Of a DNA stretch of 64,000 nt, positions 15,001-26,164 are shown piece after piece. How positions within the stretch are numbered: position 1 is the stretch's first letter; each line of letters opens with the position of its first letter. The position numbers and the translations under genes are program-made. This stretch comes from Auanema rhodensis (Eukaryota; Animalia; Nematoda), in NCBI GenBank assembly GCA_964057225.1, contig OZ059897.1:16244001-16308000 (forward strand). Reading direction: 5' to 3'. The notes beneath the pieces were generated by a model. The model saw only the letters and a program-made list of their open reading frames with translations. It did not search any database and was not told where the DNA came from.

Positions 15001-18000
15001 CACAAGATTTGTTCACAAAAAAGTTCAGGCTGTAGTCACGTTCTGCCCGGTGAATGAACATTTTTTTCGAAAATCATCTACTAAAATCTAATAAAAATAG
15101 TTTGAGGTTGGGTATTCAGATGTGTAGAATCTCAATCTCCTAGTGAGATTTGGCTAGGATTTCTGCTTTTTCCGGAAAAGGGGTTTATACCGAGACCATC
15201 CACAAGATTTGTTCACAAAAAAGTTCAGGCTGTAGTCACGTTCTGCCCGGTGAATGAACATTTTTTTCGAAAATCATCTACTAAAATCTAATAAAAATAG
15301 TTTGAGGTTGGGTATTCAGATGTGTAGAATCTCAATCTCCTAGTGAGATTTGGCTAGGATTTCTGCTTTTTCCGGAAAAGGGGTTTATACCGAGACCATC
15401 CACAAGATTTGTTCACAAAAAAGTTCAGGCTGTAGTCACGTTCTGCCCGGTGAATGAACATTTTTTTCGAAAATCATCTACTAAAATCTAATAAAAATAG
15501 TTTGAGGTTGGGTATTCAGATGTGTAGAATCTCAATTTCCTAGTGAGATTTGGCTAGGATTTCTGCTTTTTCCGGAAAAGGGGTTTATACCGAGACCATC
15601 CACAAGATTTGTTCACAAAAAAGTTCAGGCTGTAGTCACGTTCTGCCCGGTGAATGAACATTTTTTTCGAAAATCATCTACTAAAATCTAATAAAAATAG
15701 TTTGAGGTTGGGTATTCAGATGTGTAGAATCTCAATCTCCTAGTGAGATTTGGCTAGGATTTCTGCTTTTTCCGGAAAAGGGGTTTATACCGAGACCATC
15801 CACAAGATTTGTTCACAAAAAAGTTCAAGCTGTAGTCACGTTCTGCCCGGTGAATGAACATTTTTTTCAAAAATCATCTACTAAAATCTAATAAAAATAG
15901 TTTGAGGTTGGGTATTCAGATGTGTAGAATCTCAATCTCCTAGTGAGATTTGGCTAGGACTTCTGCTTTTTCCGGAAAAGGGGTTTATACCGAGACCATC
16001 CACAAGATTTGTTCACAAAAAAGTTCAGGCTGTAGTCACGTTCTGCCATGTGAATGAACATTTTTTTCGAAAATCATCTACTAAAATCTAATAAAAATAG
16101 TTTGAGGTTGGGTATTCAGATGTGTAGAATCTCAATTTCCTAGTGAGATTTGGCTAGGATTTCTGCTTTTTCCGGATAAGGGGTTTATACCGAGACCATC
16201 CACAAGATTTGTTCACAAAAAAGTTCAGGCTGTAGTCACGTTCTGCCCGGTGAATGAACATTTTTTTCAAAAAGCATCTATTAAAATCTAATAAAAATAG
16301 TTTGAGGTTGGGTATTCAGATGTGTAGAATCTCAATCTCCTAGTGAGATTTGGCTAGGACTTCTGCTTTTTCCGGAAAAGGGGTTTATACCGAGACCATC
16401 CACAAGATTTGTTCACAAAAAAGTTCAGGCTGTAGTCACGTTCTGCCCGGTGAATGAACATTTTTTTCGAAAATCATCTACTAAAATCTAATAAAAATAG
16501 TTTGAGGTTGGGTATTCAGATGTGTAGAATCTCAATTTCCTAGTGAGATTTGGCTAGGATTTCTGCTTTTTCCGGAAAAGGGGTTTATACCGAGACCATC
16601 CACAAGATTTGTTCACAAAAAAGTTCAGGCTGTAGTCACGTTCTGCCCGGTGAATGAACATTTTTTTCAAAAAGCATCTATTAAAATCTAATAAAAATAG
16701 TTTGAGGTTGGGTATTCAGATGTGTAGAATCTCAATTTACTAGTGAGATTTGGCTAGGACTTCTGCTTTTTCCGGAAAAGGGGTTTATACCGAGACCATC
16801 CAGAAGATTTGTTCACAAAAAAGTTCAGGCTGTAGTCACGTTCTGCCCGGTGAATGAACATTTTTTTCAAAAATCATCTACTAAAATCTAATAAAAATAG
16901 TTTGAGGTTGGGTATTCAGATGTGTAGAATCTCAATCTCCTAGTGAGATTTGGCTAGGACTTCTGCTTTTTCCGGAAAAGGGGTTTATACCGAGACCATC
17001 CAGAAGATTTGTTCACAAAAAAGTTCAGGCTGTAGTCACGTTCTGCCCGGTGAATGAACATTTTTTTCAAAAATCATCTACTAAAATCTAATAAAAATAG
17101 TTTGAGGTTGGGTATTCAGATGTGTAGAATCTCAATCTCCTAGTGAGATTTGGCTAGGACTTCTGCTTTTTCCGGAAAAGGGGTTTATACCGAGACCATC
17201 CACAAGATTTGTTCACAAAAAAGTTCAGGCTGTTGTCACGTTCTGACCGGTGAATGAACATTTTTTTCAAAAATCATCTACTAAAATCTAATAAAAATAG
17301 TTTGAGGTTGGGTATTCAGATGTGTAGAATCTCAATCTCCTAGTGAGATTTGGCTAGGACTTCTGCTTTTTCCGGAAAAGGGGTTTATACCGAGACCATC
17401 CACAAGATTTGTTCACAAAAAAGTTCAGGCTGTAGTCACGTTCTGCCCGGTGAATGAACATTTTTTCCAAAAATCATCTACTAACCTCTAATAAAAATAG
17501 TCTGAGGTTGGGTATTCAGATGTGTAGAATCTCAATTTCCTAGTGAGATTTGGCTAGGACTTCTGCTTTTTCCGGAAAAGGGGTTTATACCGAGACCATC
17601 CACAAGATTTGTTCACAAAAAAGTTCAGGCTGCAGTCACGTTCTGCCCGGTGAATGAACATTTTTTTCAAAAATCATCTACTAAAATCTAATAAAAATAG
17701 TTCGAGGTTGGGTATTCAGATGTGTAGAATCTCAATCTCCTAGTGAGATTTGGCTAGGACTTCTGCTTTTTCCGGAAAAGGGGTTTATACCGAGACCATC
17801 CACAAGATTTGTTCACAAAAAAGTTCAGGCTGTAGTCACGTTCTGACCGGTGAATGAACATTTTTTTCAAAAATCATCTACTAAAATCTAATAAAAATAG
17901 TTTGAGGTTGGGTATTCAGATGTGTAGAATCTCAATCTCCTAGTGAGATTTGGCTAGGACTTCTGCTTTTTCCGGAAAAGGGGTTTATACCGAGACCATC

Positions 18001-20685
18001 CACAAGATTTGTTCACAAAAAAGTTCAGGCTGTAGTCACGTTCTGACCGGTGAATGAACATTTTTTTCAAAAATCATCTACTAAAATCTAATAAAAATAG
18101 TTTGAGGTTGGGTATTCAGATGTGTAGAATCTCAATCTCCTAGTGAGATTTGGCTAGGACTTCTGCTTTTTCCGGAAAAGGGGTTTATACCGAGACCATC
18201 CACAAGATTTGTTCACAAAAAAGTTCAGGCTGTAGTCACGTTCTGACCGGTGAATGAACATTTTTTTCAAAAATCATCTACTAAAATCTAATAAAAATAG
18301 TTTGAGGTTGGGTATTCAGATGTGTAGAATCTCAATCTCCTAGTGAGATTTGGCTAGGACTTCTGCTTTTTCCGGAAAAGGGGTTTATACCGAGACCATC
18401 CACAAGATTTGTTCACAAAAAAGTTCAGGCTGTAGTCACGTTCTGACCGGTGAATGAACATTTTTTTCAAAAATCATCTACTAAAATCTAATAAAAATAG
18501 TTTGAGGTTGGGTATTCAGATGTGTAGAATCTCAATCTCCTAGTGAGATTTGGCTAGGACTTCTGCTTTTTCCGGAAAAGGGGTTTATACCGAGACCATC
18601 CACAAGATTTGTTCACAAAAAAGTTCAGGCTGTAGTCACGTTCTGCCCGGTGAATGAACATTTTTTTCAAAAATCATCTACTAAAATCTAATAAAAATAG
18701 TTTGAGGTTGGGTATTCAGATGTGTAGAATCTCAATCTCCTAGTGAGATTTGGCTAGGACTTCTGCTTTTTCCGGAAAAGGGGTTTATACCGAGACCATC
18801 CACAAGATTTGTTCACAAAAAAGTTCAGGCTGCAGTCACGTTCTGCCCGGTGAATGAACATTTTTTTCAAAAATCATCTACTAAAATCTAATAAAAATAG
18901 TTTGAGGTTTGGTATTCAGATGTGTAGAATCTCAATTTCCTAGTGAGATTTGGCTAGGACTTCTGCTTTTTCCGGAAAAGGGGTTTATACCGAGACCATC
19001 CACAAGATTTGTTCACAAAAAAGTTCAGGCTGTAGTCACGTTCTGACCGGTGAATGAACATTTTTTTCAAAAATCATCTACTAAAATCTAATAAAAATAG
19101 TTTGAGGTTGGGTATTCAGATGTGTAGAATCTCAATCTCCTAGTGAGATTTGGCTAGGACTTCTGCTTTTTCCGGAAAAGGGGTTTATACCGAGACCATC
19201 CACAAGATTTGTTCACAAAAAAGTTCAGGCTGTAGTCACGTTCTGACCGGTGAATGAACATTTTTTTCAAAAATCATCTACTAAAATCTAATAAAAATAG
19301 TTTGAGGTTGGGTATTCAGATGTGTAGAATCTCAATCTCCTAGTGAGATTTGGCTAGGACTTCTGCTTTTTCCGGAAAAGGGGTTTATACCGAGACCATC
19401 CACAAGATTTGTTCACAAAAAAGTTCAGGCTGTAGTCACGCTCTGCCCGGTGAATGAACATTTTTTTCAAAAATCATCTACTAAAATCTAATAAAAATAG
19501 TTTGAGGTTGGGTATTCAGATGTGTAGAATCTCAATCTCCTAGTGAGATTTGGCTAGGACTTCTGCTTTTTCCGGAAAAGGGGTTTATACCGAGACCATC
19601 CACAAGATTTGTTCACAAAAAAGTTCAGGCTGTAGTCACGTTCTGCCCGGTGAATGAACATTTTTTCCAAAAATCATCTACTAACCTCTAATAAAAATAG
19701 TCTGAGGTTGGGTATTCAGATGTGTAGAATCTCAATTTCCTAGTGAGATTTGGCTAGGACTTCTGCTTTTTCCGGAAAAGGGGTTTATACCGAGACCATC
19801 CACAAGATTTGTTCACAAAAAAGTTCAGGCTGCAGTCACGTTCTGCCCGGTGAATGAACATTTTTTTCAAAAATCATCTACTAAAATCTAATAAAAATAG
19901 TTCGAGGTTGGGTATTCAGATGTGTAGAATCTCAATCTCCTAGTGAGATTTGGCTAGGACTTCTGCTTTTTCCGGAAAAGGGGTTTATACCGAGACCATC
20001 CACAAGATTTGTTCACAAAAAAGTTCAGGCTGTAGTCACGTTCTGACCGGTGAATGAACATTTTTTTCAAAAATCATCTACTAAAATCTAATAAAAATAG
20101 TTTGAGGTTGGGTATTCAGATGTGTAGAATCTCAATCTCCTAGTGAGATTTGGCTAGGACTTCTGCTTTTTCCGGAAAAGGGGTTTATACCGAGACCATC
20201 CACAAGATTTGTTCACAAAAAAGTTCAGGCTGTAGTCACGTTCTGCCCGGTGAATGAACATTTTTTTCAAAAATCATCTACTAAAATCTAATAAAAATAG
20301 TTTGAGGTTGGGTATTCAGATGTGTAGAATCTCAATCTCCTAGTGAGATTTGGCTAGGACTTCTGCTTTTTCCGGAAAAGGGGTTTATACCGAGACCATC
20401 CACAAGATTTGTTCACAAAAAAGTTCAGGCTGCAGTCACGTTCTGCCCGGTGAATGAACATTTTTTTCAAAAATCATCTACTAAAATCTAATAAAAATAG
20501 TTTGAGGTTTGGTATTCAGATGTGTAGAATCTCAATTTCCTAGTGAGATTTGGCTAGGACTTCTGCTTTTTCCGGAAAAGGGGTTTATACCGAGACCATC
20601 CACAAGATTTGTTCACAAAAAAGTTCAGGCTGCAGTCACGTTCTGCCCGGTGAATGAACATTTTTTTCAAAAATCATCTACTAAA
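1..20685 (+). repeat. 200-bp tandem satellite array, ~103 units, open at the left edge
   Basis: The unit cacaagatttgttcacaaaaaagttcaggctgtagtcacg...gggtttataccgagaccatc recurs with exact 200-bp phase throughout; only substitutions were seen. Confidence 0.99.
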
Positions 20686-20751
20686 TGGGCGAAAAGGTGC
20701 GCTAGAACGGCAAAATACATATTATTAACGTGACTGCAGCCTGAACTTTTT
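20686..20751. repeat. Junction 1: 41-bp linker (tgggcgaaaaggtgcgctagaacggcaaaatacatattatt) followed by 25 bp of inverted satellite
   Basis: The linker is identical to 29096-29136 and near-identical to 28806-28846 and 35806-35846. 20727-20751 is the reverse complement of satellite aaaaagttcaggctgcagtcacgtt. Confidence 0.9.
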
Positions 20752-21007
20752 CAAGACTTTTTCAATTTTATATTCTTCATTGATATTTTTGTAAAATGTG
20801 AGTTCTTCTTCATAAAACTTTCCTTTGATTTCTTCATCTGCAAGATCTTTAATAGAATACATTGTCGGTCCTTCCGAAGAAGGGTGGACTTCAGAAATCT
20901 TAAATGCTTCATTACTCTAATTTGGAAGATATCCTTTATCGAAAATAGTTTTATATTTTGTAATTCTGACAGTGTCTCCTGTTTTGAACTGCGCTTTGAT
21001 TGGAGTA
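20752..21007 (-). pseudogene. Maverick/Polinton integrase C-terminal fragment (SH3-like region plus start of chromodomain)
   Basis: The minus strand reads PIKAQFKTGDTVRITKYKTIFDKGYLPN*SNEAFKISEV...YSIKDLADEEIKGKFYEEEL...YKIEKVLK, matching the FKxGDxVRI..F.KGY.PNW..E.F and G.FY..EL motifs of Polinton integrases. It has a W-to-stop change. Confidence 0.85.
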
Positions 21008-21311
21008 TGTATTGAAGATAAACAATTTATTACAAAATGATTTATTTGTAATGTATATTAAATAATATTCAATTAATATTAAGAAGTCTTTATATGCGTC
21101 TACGCGCTGTGGGTCAATTATGTGAACTGATTTAAAAGTAAAACAATCGGCGTACGTCAATTCACGTAAATTTGACGGAACCGTGTACGACCGCTCACTA
21201 CAGAAATGATATTAAAAATAAACTTACTCATTCTATATTTGAAATCTATTTTCTTAATTTCTTTCTAATTCAATGACTAATTACTTATCTTTCGTATCTA
21301 TATACGAAACA
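21008..21311 (-). repeat. 3' LTR of the BEL/Pao element
   Basis: Matches 24607-24899 plus 25605-25615; starts TGT and ends ACA on the minus strand; adjacent to the PPT. Confidence 0.92.
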
Positions 21312-21373
21312 TTCCGCCCCGAATATTGTTTCTAGCTGTAGATTTGTGAATAATTCATGATACATTAAATTAT

Positions 21374-21876
21374 TTATTTTTGTTTAATGCATAGACATAT
21401 TACAAAATTATATCTTTGAATATCGCAAAATTTACAAATCTTTGATTTAGTACATTTTCCTTTATGTTTGTTTAAACATAAAAGACATAACTTTAAGGAG
21501 ACAGCTTCTGTCAGTTTAGAAAGTTTTGTGGAGAAGTTTCCACATTTTTCGGAATTGTGGGAGCCATAACAGAACTTGCATCTCATCTTGATTTCTTGTA
21601 CTGGCTCTTCTCTAGATTGGGTCTTAATTATCATCTAGATATTAAGTTTTTATATTCAAAAATTTACTTTTTCATCCGATTTTTTTCTTCCTCAGTCATT
21701 TTCGTGATGAGTTTACACATATGTATTACGTGTTTTTCCAGAAAGGCAAGCCTTTCAGTTATAGCAACATAAGTCTCTTCTTTCTTCTCAGTTGTCTTTT
21801 CAGGTTCGGTAACGACTTCCATATTTTCTTCCAACAGGATTTTTTAGTATTTGTTGACGACTTCTTCTTGACTCAT
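21374..21876 (-). pseudogene. Disrupted 3' accessory ORF of the BEL element with Gag-like Cys/His knuckles
   Basis: ATG at 21876 (MSQEEVVNKY*...), with stops and frameshifts. The C-terminal part reads CKFCYGSHNSEKC...CLLCLNKHKGKC...CKFC. Confidence 0.6.
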
Positions 21877-22191
21877 TTTGGTATGAATGATCTTGAGGGT
21901 CAATTTTTCTGCTTATATACCTTTTCTGTTACGTGAGTTTCACGTGACGTGATGACGTACCGTGAATATTCCACCGCAACCAAAATATCGAAAAAAAATG
22001 TTTTTATTTTTATTTATTTTCTTTTCTATTTTCATACGAATAAGTTAATATTTGTTTTTCTTTTATTATTTTAACATAATTTCTATTACTATTACTGCTA
22101 CTATTCATAACTAAAGCTACATAAAAAAATTACTAGAATATTAGAAAAATTTTCTATAGTCTATCTTCTCATTGTTCCTGAGTCGATTGTC

Positions 22192-23705
22192 TCATATATT
22201 AGTTTTTTCATTTTTATAATGATCATTGTTATTGATGATGTTATAGTTTTCGAAACTAGTTGTTTTCTTATTTTTCTTGATTTCATCTAAATCAGCATCA
22301 CACTCTGATATTTCTAGAGGAATTAACTGATTTATCGATCTCAGAAAATGATTTCCTTCTGAATTTCTTATTTTTACGGTTCTTGTTTCCCGTCTTTTGA
22401 ATATATGATTTCTTCGATGATTGCAAGAGGCCATTTGTTTCTCTTCACATTATTTTCTTTGCATAGGACAATTTCGCCAAGTTTAGGTTTTAATTTATTA
22501 AAATTTCTGCTGATTGTTTTTTGATTTGACAGAACTCTCAGTTCCTCCAGATATGTATTTGACCAATTTATCCAAAATTCGGTAATGCTATTATTACAGT
22601 TTTTCATATAATCTTTGATCTCATTAATCTTTGACAAATTAGTTTTATTAGATATGTTTGAGAATTCGCATATGACGTTCTCTGGATGATAGTATTCAAG
22701 ACTTTTAGGTGTTACTATTTTGTCAAAATCATCATTTATGTATGAAATAGGTCTCAAATTAACTATATTTTCAATCTCGGTTAGAATTGTGCTCAATTCA
22801 TTAAACTCGATCTGTTTTGTCCCTAGACATTTTATTAGATACTTCTTTGTTACGCCTATCATTCTTTCACAGAATCCTCCTTTCCACGGTGAATAAGGAG
22901 TTATTTTTTCCCAATTTATGTGTTTATTTTTGAGAAAGCTCTCCAAAATTTTATCAGTTTTTATGAACTGACTACCATTATATGATATGATTTTCAAAGG
23001 TACTCTTTTTCGAGCGAAAAATTTTCGTAAATTTAGTGTTAATTCTTTGCTGGAGCTATCATTGGCTAAATCCAAGTATACTGCTCGTGTACAAAGGCAA
23101 GTAATTAACATAATCCATACCTTTTTATCAGAATTATGGCCTGTTTTTACTAATAATGGACCGGCATAATCGATTCCAATGTTTTCAAATGGTTTATATT
23201 TGAGAACTCTTTCTTTTGGATATTGTGGGAAATTAGGGTATTTATATGGCCTGTTATTTAATTTTTTACATTTCACGCATTTCGAGATTACTGTTGAATA
23301 ATTTTATTTTTGGTCATCCTGTCTTTGTTTTCAAAGTTTTCAAACATAGTTTCTTCAATAACTTTAGGTTTCTTTCTGATTCTAGTTATGAAAGTTATTA
23401 CTTGCCGAATAATGTTTGTAAATTTCGGATAAGATGAAAATTTACTCGCAAAATAGTCTAAGTCTTCTATACTTATCTATTATTTCCTTCAAGCTTTTAA
23501 CCTTTTTATTTCTTTCCTTTTCTTTCATATACCATTGCGGACCTTTTATCCAATTTTGATATGATTCATCCTGAATTTCTGTACCTCTTGTAGGTAAGTC
23601 TGCAGGGTTAAATTTTGTATTTATATAATAGAACTCAATTTTTTCGTTTTCTTTCTCTACTTTCTCCACTAATTCATTTATTTTATTGATACGGTTACGA
23701 ATATA
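22192..23705 (-). pseudogene. BEL/Pao pol remnant: RNase H C-terminus and integrase
   Basis: YIRNRINKI...NPADLPTRG (Pao RNase H end); PFENIGIDYAGP, CLCTRAVYLDL, SYNGSQF (second catalytic Asp changed to Tyr), PWKGGFCERM, NLRPI, and a frameshifted WPLAII...RSINQLIPLE tail. Confidence 0.92.
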
Positions 23706-24552
23706 CAGTCATGTGTAAAAGAAAAAGGGCAAGATTTAGAAAATATTAGAATCTGGAGCTCAGACTACAATTTAGGAATCTGAAAAAAATCGATAATGGC
23801 TAGGAATTATGTTGCTAAAAAATGAAGCTGAATTCATTTTTTAAAACTAACTTTGAAATGTATTATTTTGGAAATTAAAATGATTCAGCTTCATTTTTAA
23901 TATGCAAATTTAGATGGTTCAAGGCAGAAGATACAGCAACGAGATGAGGGAGACAGTCCTCAGGCTCAAAGACGAAGGGTTTGCAACCCGAAAAATTGCT
24001 GCTTTTACGGCTATCTCGAAGAGCTGCGTTCAAGCCATCATCAAGGATCACAGCCAAGGAGTAGCAATGATAAAGAAGACAAAACCAGGGCGCCCACCGA
24101 AGACCACACCATCACAGGACAACACCATCGTCCGCTTGGCTCAACGTCATCCAGAATTGACGTCATCCAGAATTGAAGACGTCATCCAGAATTGAAGAAC
24201 CGATCTGAATCCGATCGAACATCTATGGAGAGATTTGGGAAGAAGGGCGGCTCAATTTCCGTCATCGAACAAGGACGAGAAGTTCAGATGCCTAAGAATC
24301 CTCTGGCGAGAAACTTCTCCGGGTATTTTGAAGAAGCTCGTCAATTCGATGAATAGAAGGCTCAAAGCTGTGATTGATAATTTCGGGTATCCGACAAAAT
24401 ATTAATAAAGTCTTAATTTTTTGGTTTTTTTTGCATTTTTCGATTTGTGGTCTGCTCACCATTTCTATTTTTCATAGTTTTTAATTTTTTGTAGTCTCAC
24501 TACTTCAGGAGACCATTCGAAAGTTTTGCCCTTTTTCTTTTACACATGACTG
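23706..24552 (+). mobile_element. Internally deleted Tc1-family DNA transposon
   Basis: TIRs cagtcatgtgtaaaagaaaaagggcaa and ttgccctttttcttttacacatgactg, flanked by TA. N-terminal HTH with GRPPKTT (23914-24195) and C-terminal PDLNPIEHLW...RRLKAVIDNFGYPTKY; most of the DDE domain is missing. Confidence 0.93.
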
Positions 24553-24557
24553 TATGT

Positions 24558-24602
24558 CCTGCCACGCGGGCGACCCGGGTTCGTTTCCCGGCCGATGCAC
24601 CA
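24558..24602 (-). other. Extended primer-binding site, complementary to the 3' 45 nt of mature tRNA-Gly(GCC) including CCA
   Basis: The plus strand cctgccacgcgggcgacccgggttcgtttcccggccgatgcacca matches tRNA-Gly from the anticodon loop to CCA and lies 4 nt from the 5' LTR. Confidence 0.9.
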
Positions 24603-24606
24603 CTTT

Positions 24607-25615
24607 TGTATTGAAGATAAACAATTTATTACAAAATGATTTATTTGTAATGTATATTAAATAATATTCAATTAATATTAAGAAGTCTTTATATGCGTCT
24701 ACGCGCTGTGGGTCAATTATGTGAACTGATTTAAAAGTAAAACAATCGGCGTACGTCAATTCACGTAAATTTGACGGAACCGTGTACGACCGCTCACTAC
24801 AGAAATGATATTAAAAATAAACTTACTCATTCTATATTTGAAATCTATTTTCTTAATTTCTTTCTAATTCAATGACTAATTACTTATCTTTCGTATCTAC
24901 AGTCCTGTGCGATGAAGGTTGCACACCCACTAGAAACCCTTATACCTTCTCAGACAAACTACAAAAATTCAGAAAAAATATATTTTGAATGTTAAAAAAC
25001 GATAATGAATTTAGAAAAAGTTTAAAACATTTTAAAAATCATGTTTAAAAGTATTTTCTGAAGTCTTCGAAATTTTCATAAACTGCTTTAAGTCTTCTTT
25101 CGTGAATTTCAGAAGTTTCATCAAGATTTCAGAAATAATTTTTTGATATAGTGTTAGGAGTACCCTAAAGGTCAATTTTTCTTTTAAACGGGAGAATTTG
25201 GTTGTATGTTAACCAAGTTCTCTTCATAGATATTCAGTAAGATTCAGATGTTGAAGCTTACTTGCTTGAAGCTATGTTGCAGACAAAAACTTTGTTATTG
25301 ATTGAGCTTTGTGCTTAGAATCATTTTAAAACATTTCTAATGAATTAACTTCTTTCCTAATCTCAAATTTTGTTATATTAAGATGAATTATTCAAAATAG
25401 TCAAAAAACACTATTTTTCCTTATAAATTTAGAAAAATAATATTGAAATCAGTTTTAGTTATATTAACATATATTTTGACTGAATATATACTATATGAAC
25501 TCGCAAACTTTTTGAAATTAAAAAAAAAATTTTTTTTGTAGTTTGAAGGGGAATTCTGGGGCCTCTAACATAGGGGTGTGCAACCTTCATCGCACAGGAC
25601 TGTATATACGAAACA
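24607..25615 (-). repeat. 5' LTR of the BEL/Pao element, interrupted by a MITE
   Basis: Removing 24900-25602 and one TA restores the 21008-21311 sequence. Confidence 0.92.
24900..25602. mobile_element. Non-autonomous Tc1/mariner-type MITE (~700 bp)
   Basis: 29-bp perfect TIRs cagtcctgtgcgatgaaggttgcacaccc. The TA duplication is shown by comparison with the empty-site LTR. Confidence 0.95.
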
Positions 25616-25744
25616 CACTAGAAAGTGAATTCACTTCAAAATCAAATAAGATATTTGTTTTGCTTTTTCAAAATAAACCAAGAAGGTAAAATAACAACAC
25701 ACATGAAACAACAAAAAATTAACAACAATCAATGATTATTCATT

Positions 25745-26164
25745 ATAGGCCTTTCTCCCCTTCCGGAGAATATTCTTCAAGTCGTTTCATAGACTTTGTT
25801 TTCTCAGAGTTTCGATTGCTCATTTAACATTTCCTGCTGAAATTTATCTTATTCAAAGTTTTTTAAAGTCTTTGGTCTTTTCGACTTACCTTTTCTGCAT
25901 ACCGTCTTGAATCTTTCTCCTCATTAAACATAATAAAATATCTGGTCAGTGAACACATCTTTCACTGTTCGAAGAGATTCACCAATTTCGTTAAATTCAT
26001 TTTGTAGTAAAACCTGCAAATAATGAATAATCTAGTGTATCAAACAGAAAAGGCTTAACAGTTCTTTCTGTTCACTTTTACACTTTCTATGGAGAAGTAG
26101 AGATTTCTTGACACGAGAAGCATCCTCCATCTTAGAAAATATTGAACTTTGCTTGAAAAACATC
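25745..26164 (-). pseudogene. Small spliced gene or pseudogene divergent from the UBL-kinase gene
   Basis: ttttcaag-ATG at 26164 (MFFKQSSIFSKMEDASRVKKSLLLHRKCKSEQKEL) and two ~55-bp GT-AG intron-like segments. I could not join the exons into one open frame. Confidence 0.35.

Larger units (their letters stand above)
21008..25615 (-). mobile_element. Internally deleted BEL/Pao LTR retrotransposon
   Basis: Two apparently identical ~304-bp TG...CA LTRs (21008-21311 and 24607-25615, the latter split by a MITE). PPT cggggcggaa on the minus strand at 21312-21321, tRNA-Gly PBS at 24558-24602, Pao RNase H and integrase remnants inside. No TSD (gagta vs cacta). Confidence 0.92.

Noticed and set aside
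1-20685. CRISPR array or tandem tRNA/5S/SL RNA gene array
   Set aside because: There are no unique spacers and the context is eukaryotic; I saw no A/B boxes, cloverleaf or SL sequence in the monomer.
288-20733. 60-74 aa ORFs in the satellite
   Set aside because: They are chance open frames created by single variants of the monomer, with no protein features.
24558-24602. Functional tRNA-Gly gene
   Set aside because: The 5' half is absent, CCA is encoded and it abuts an LTR, so it is a PBS.
20951-24759. Duplicated ORF MTYADCFTF... at 20951-21160 and 24505-24759
   Set aside because: It is explained by the two LTR copies and is not a gene.
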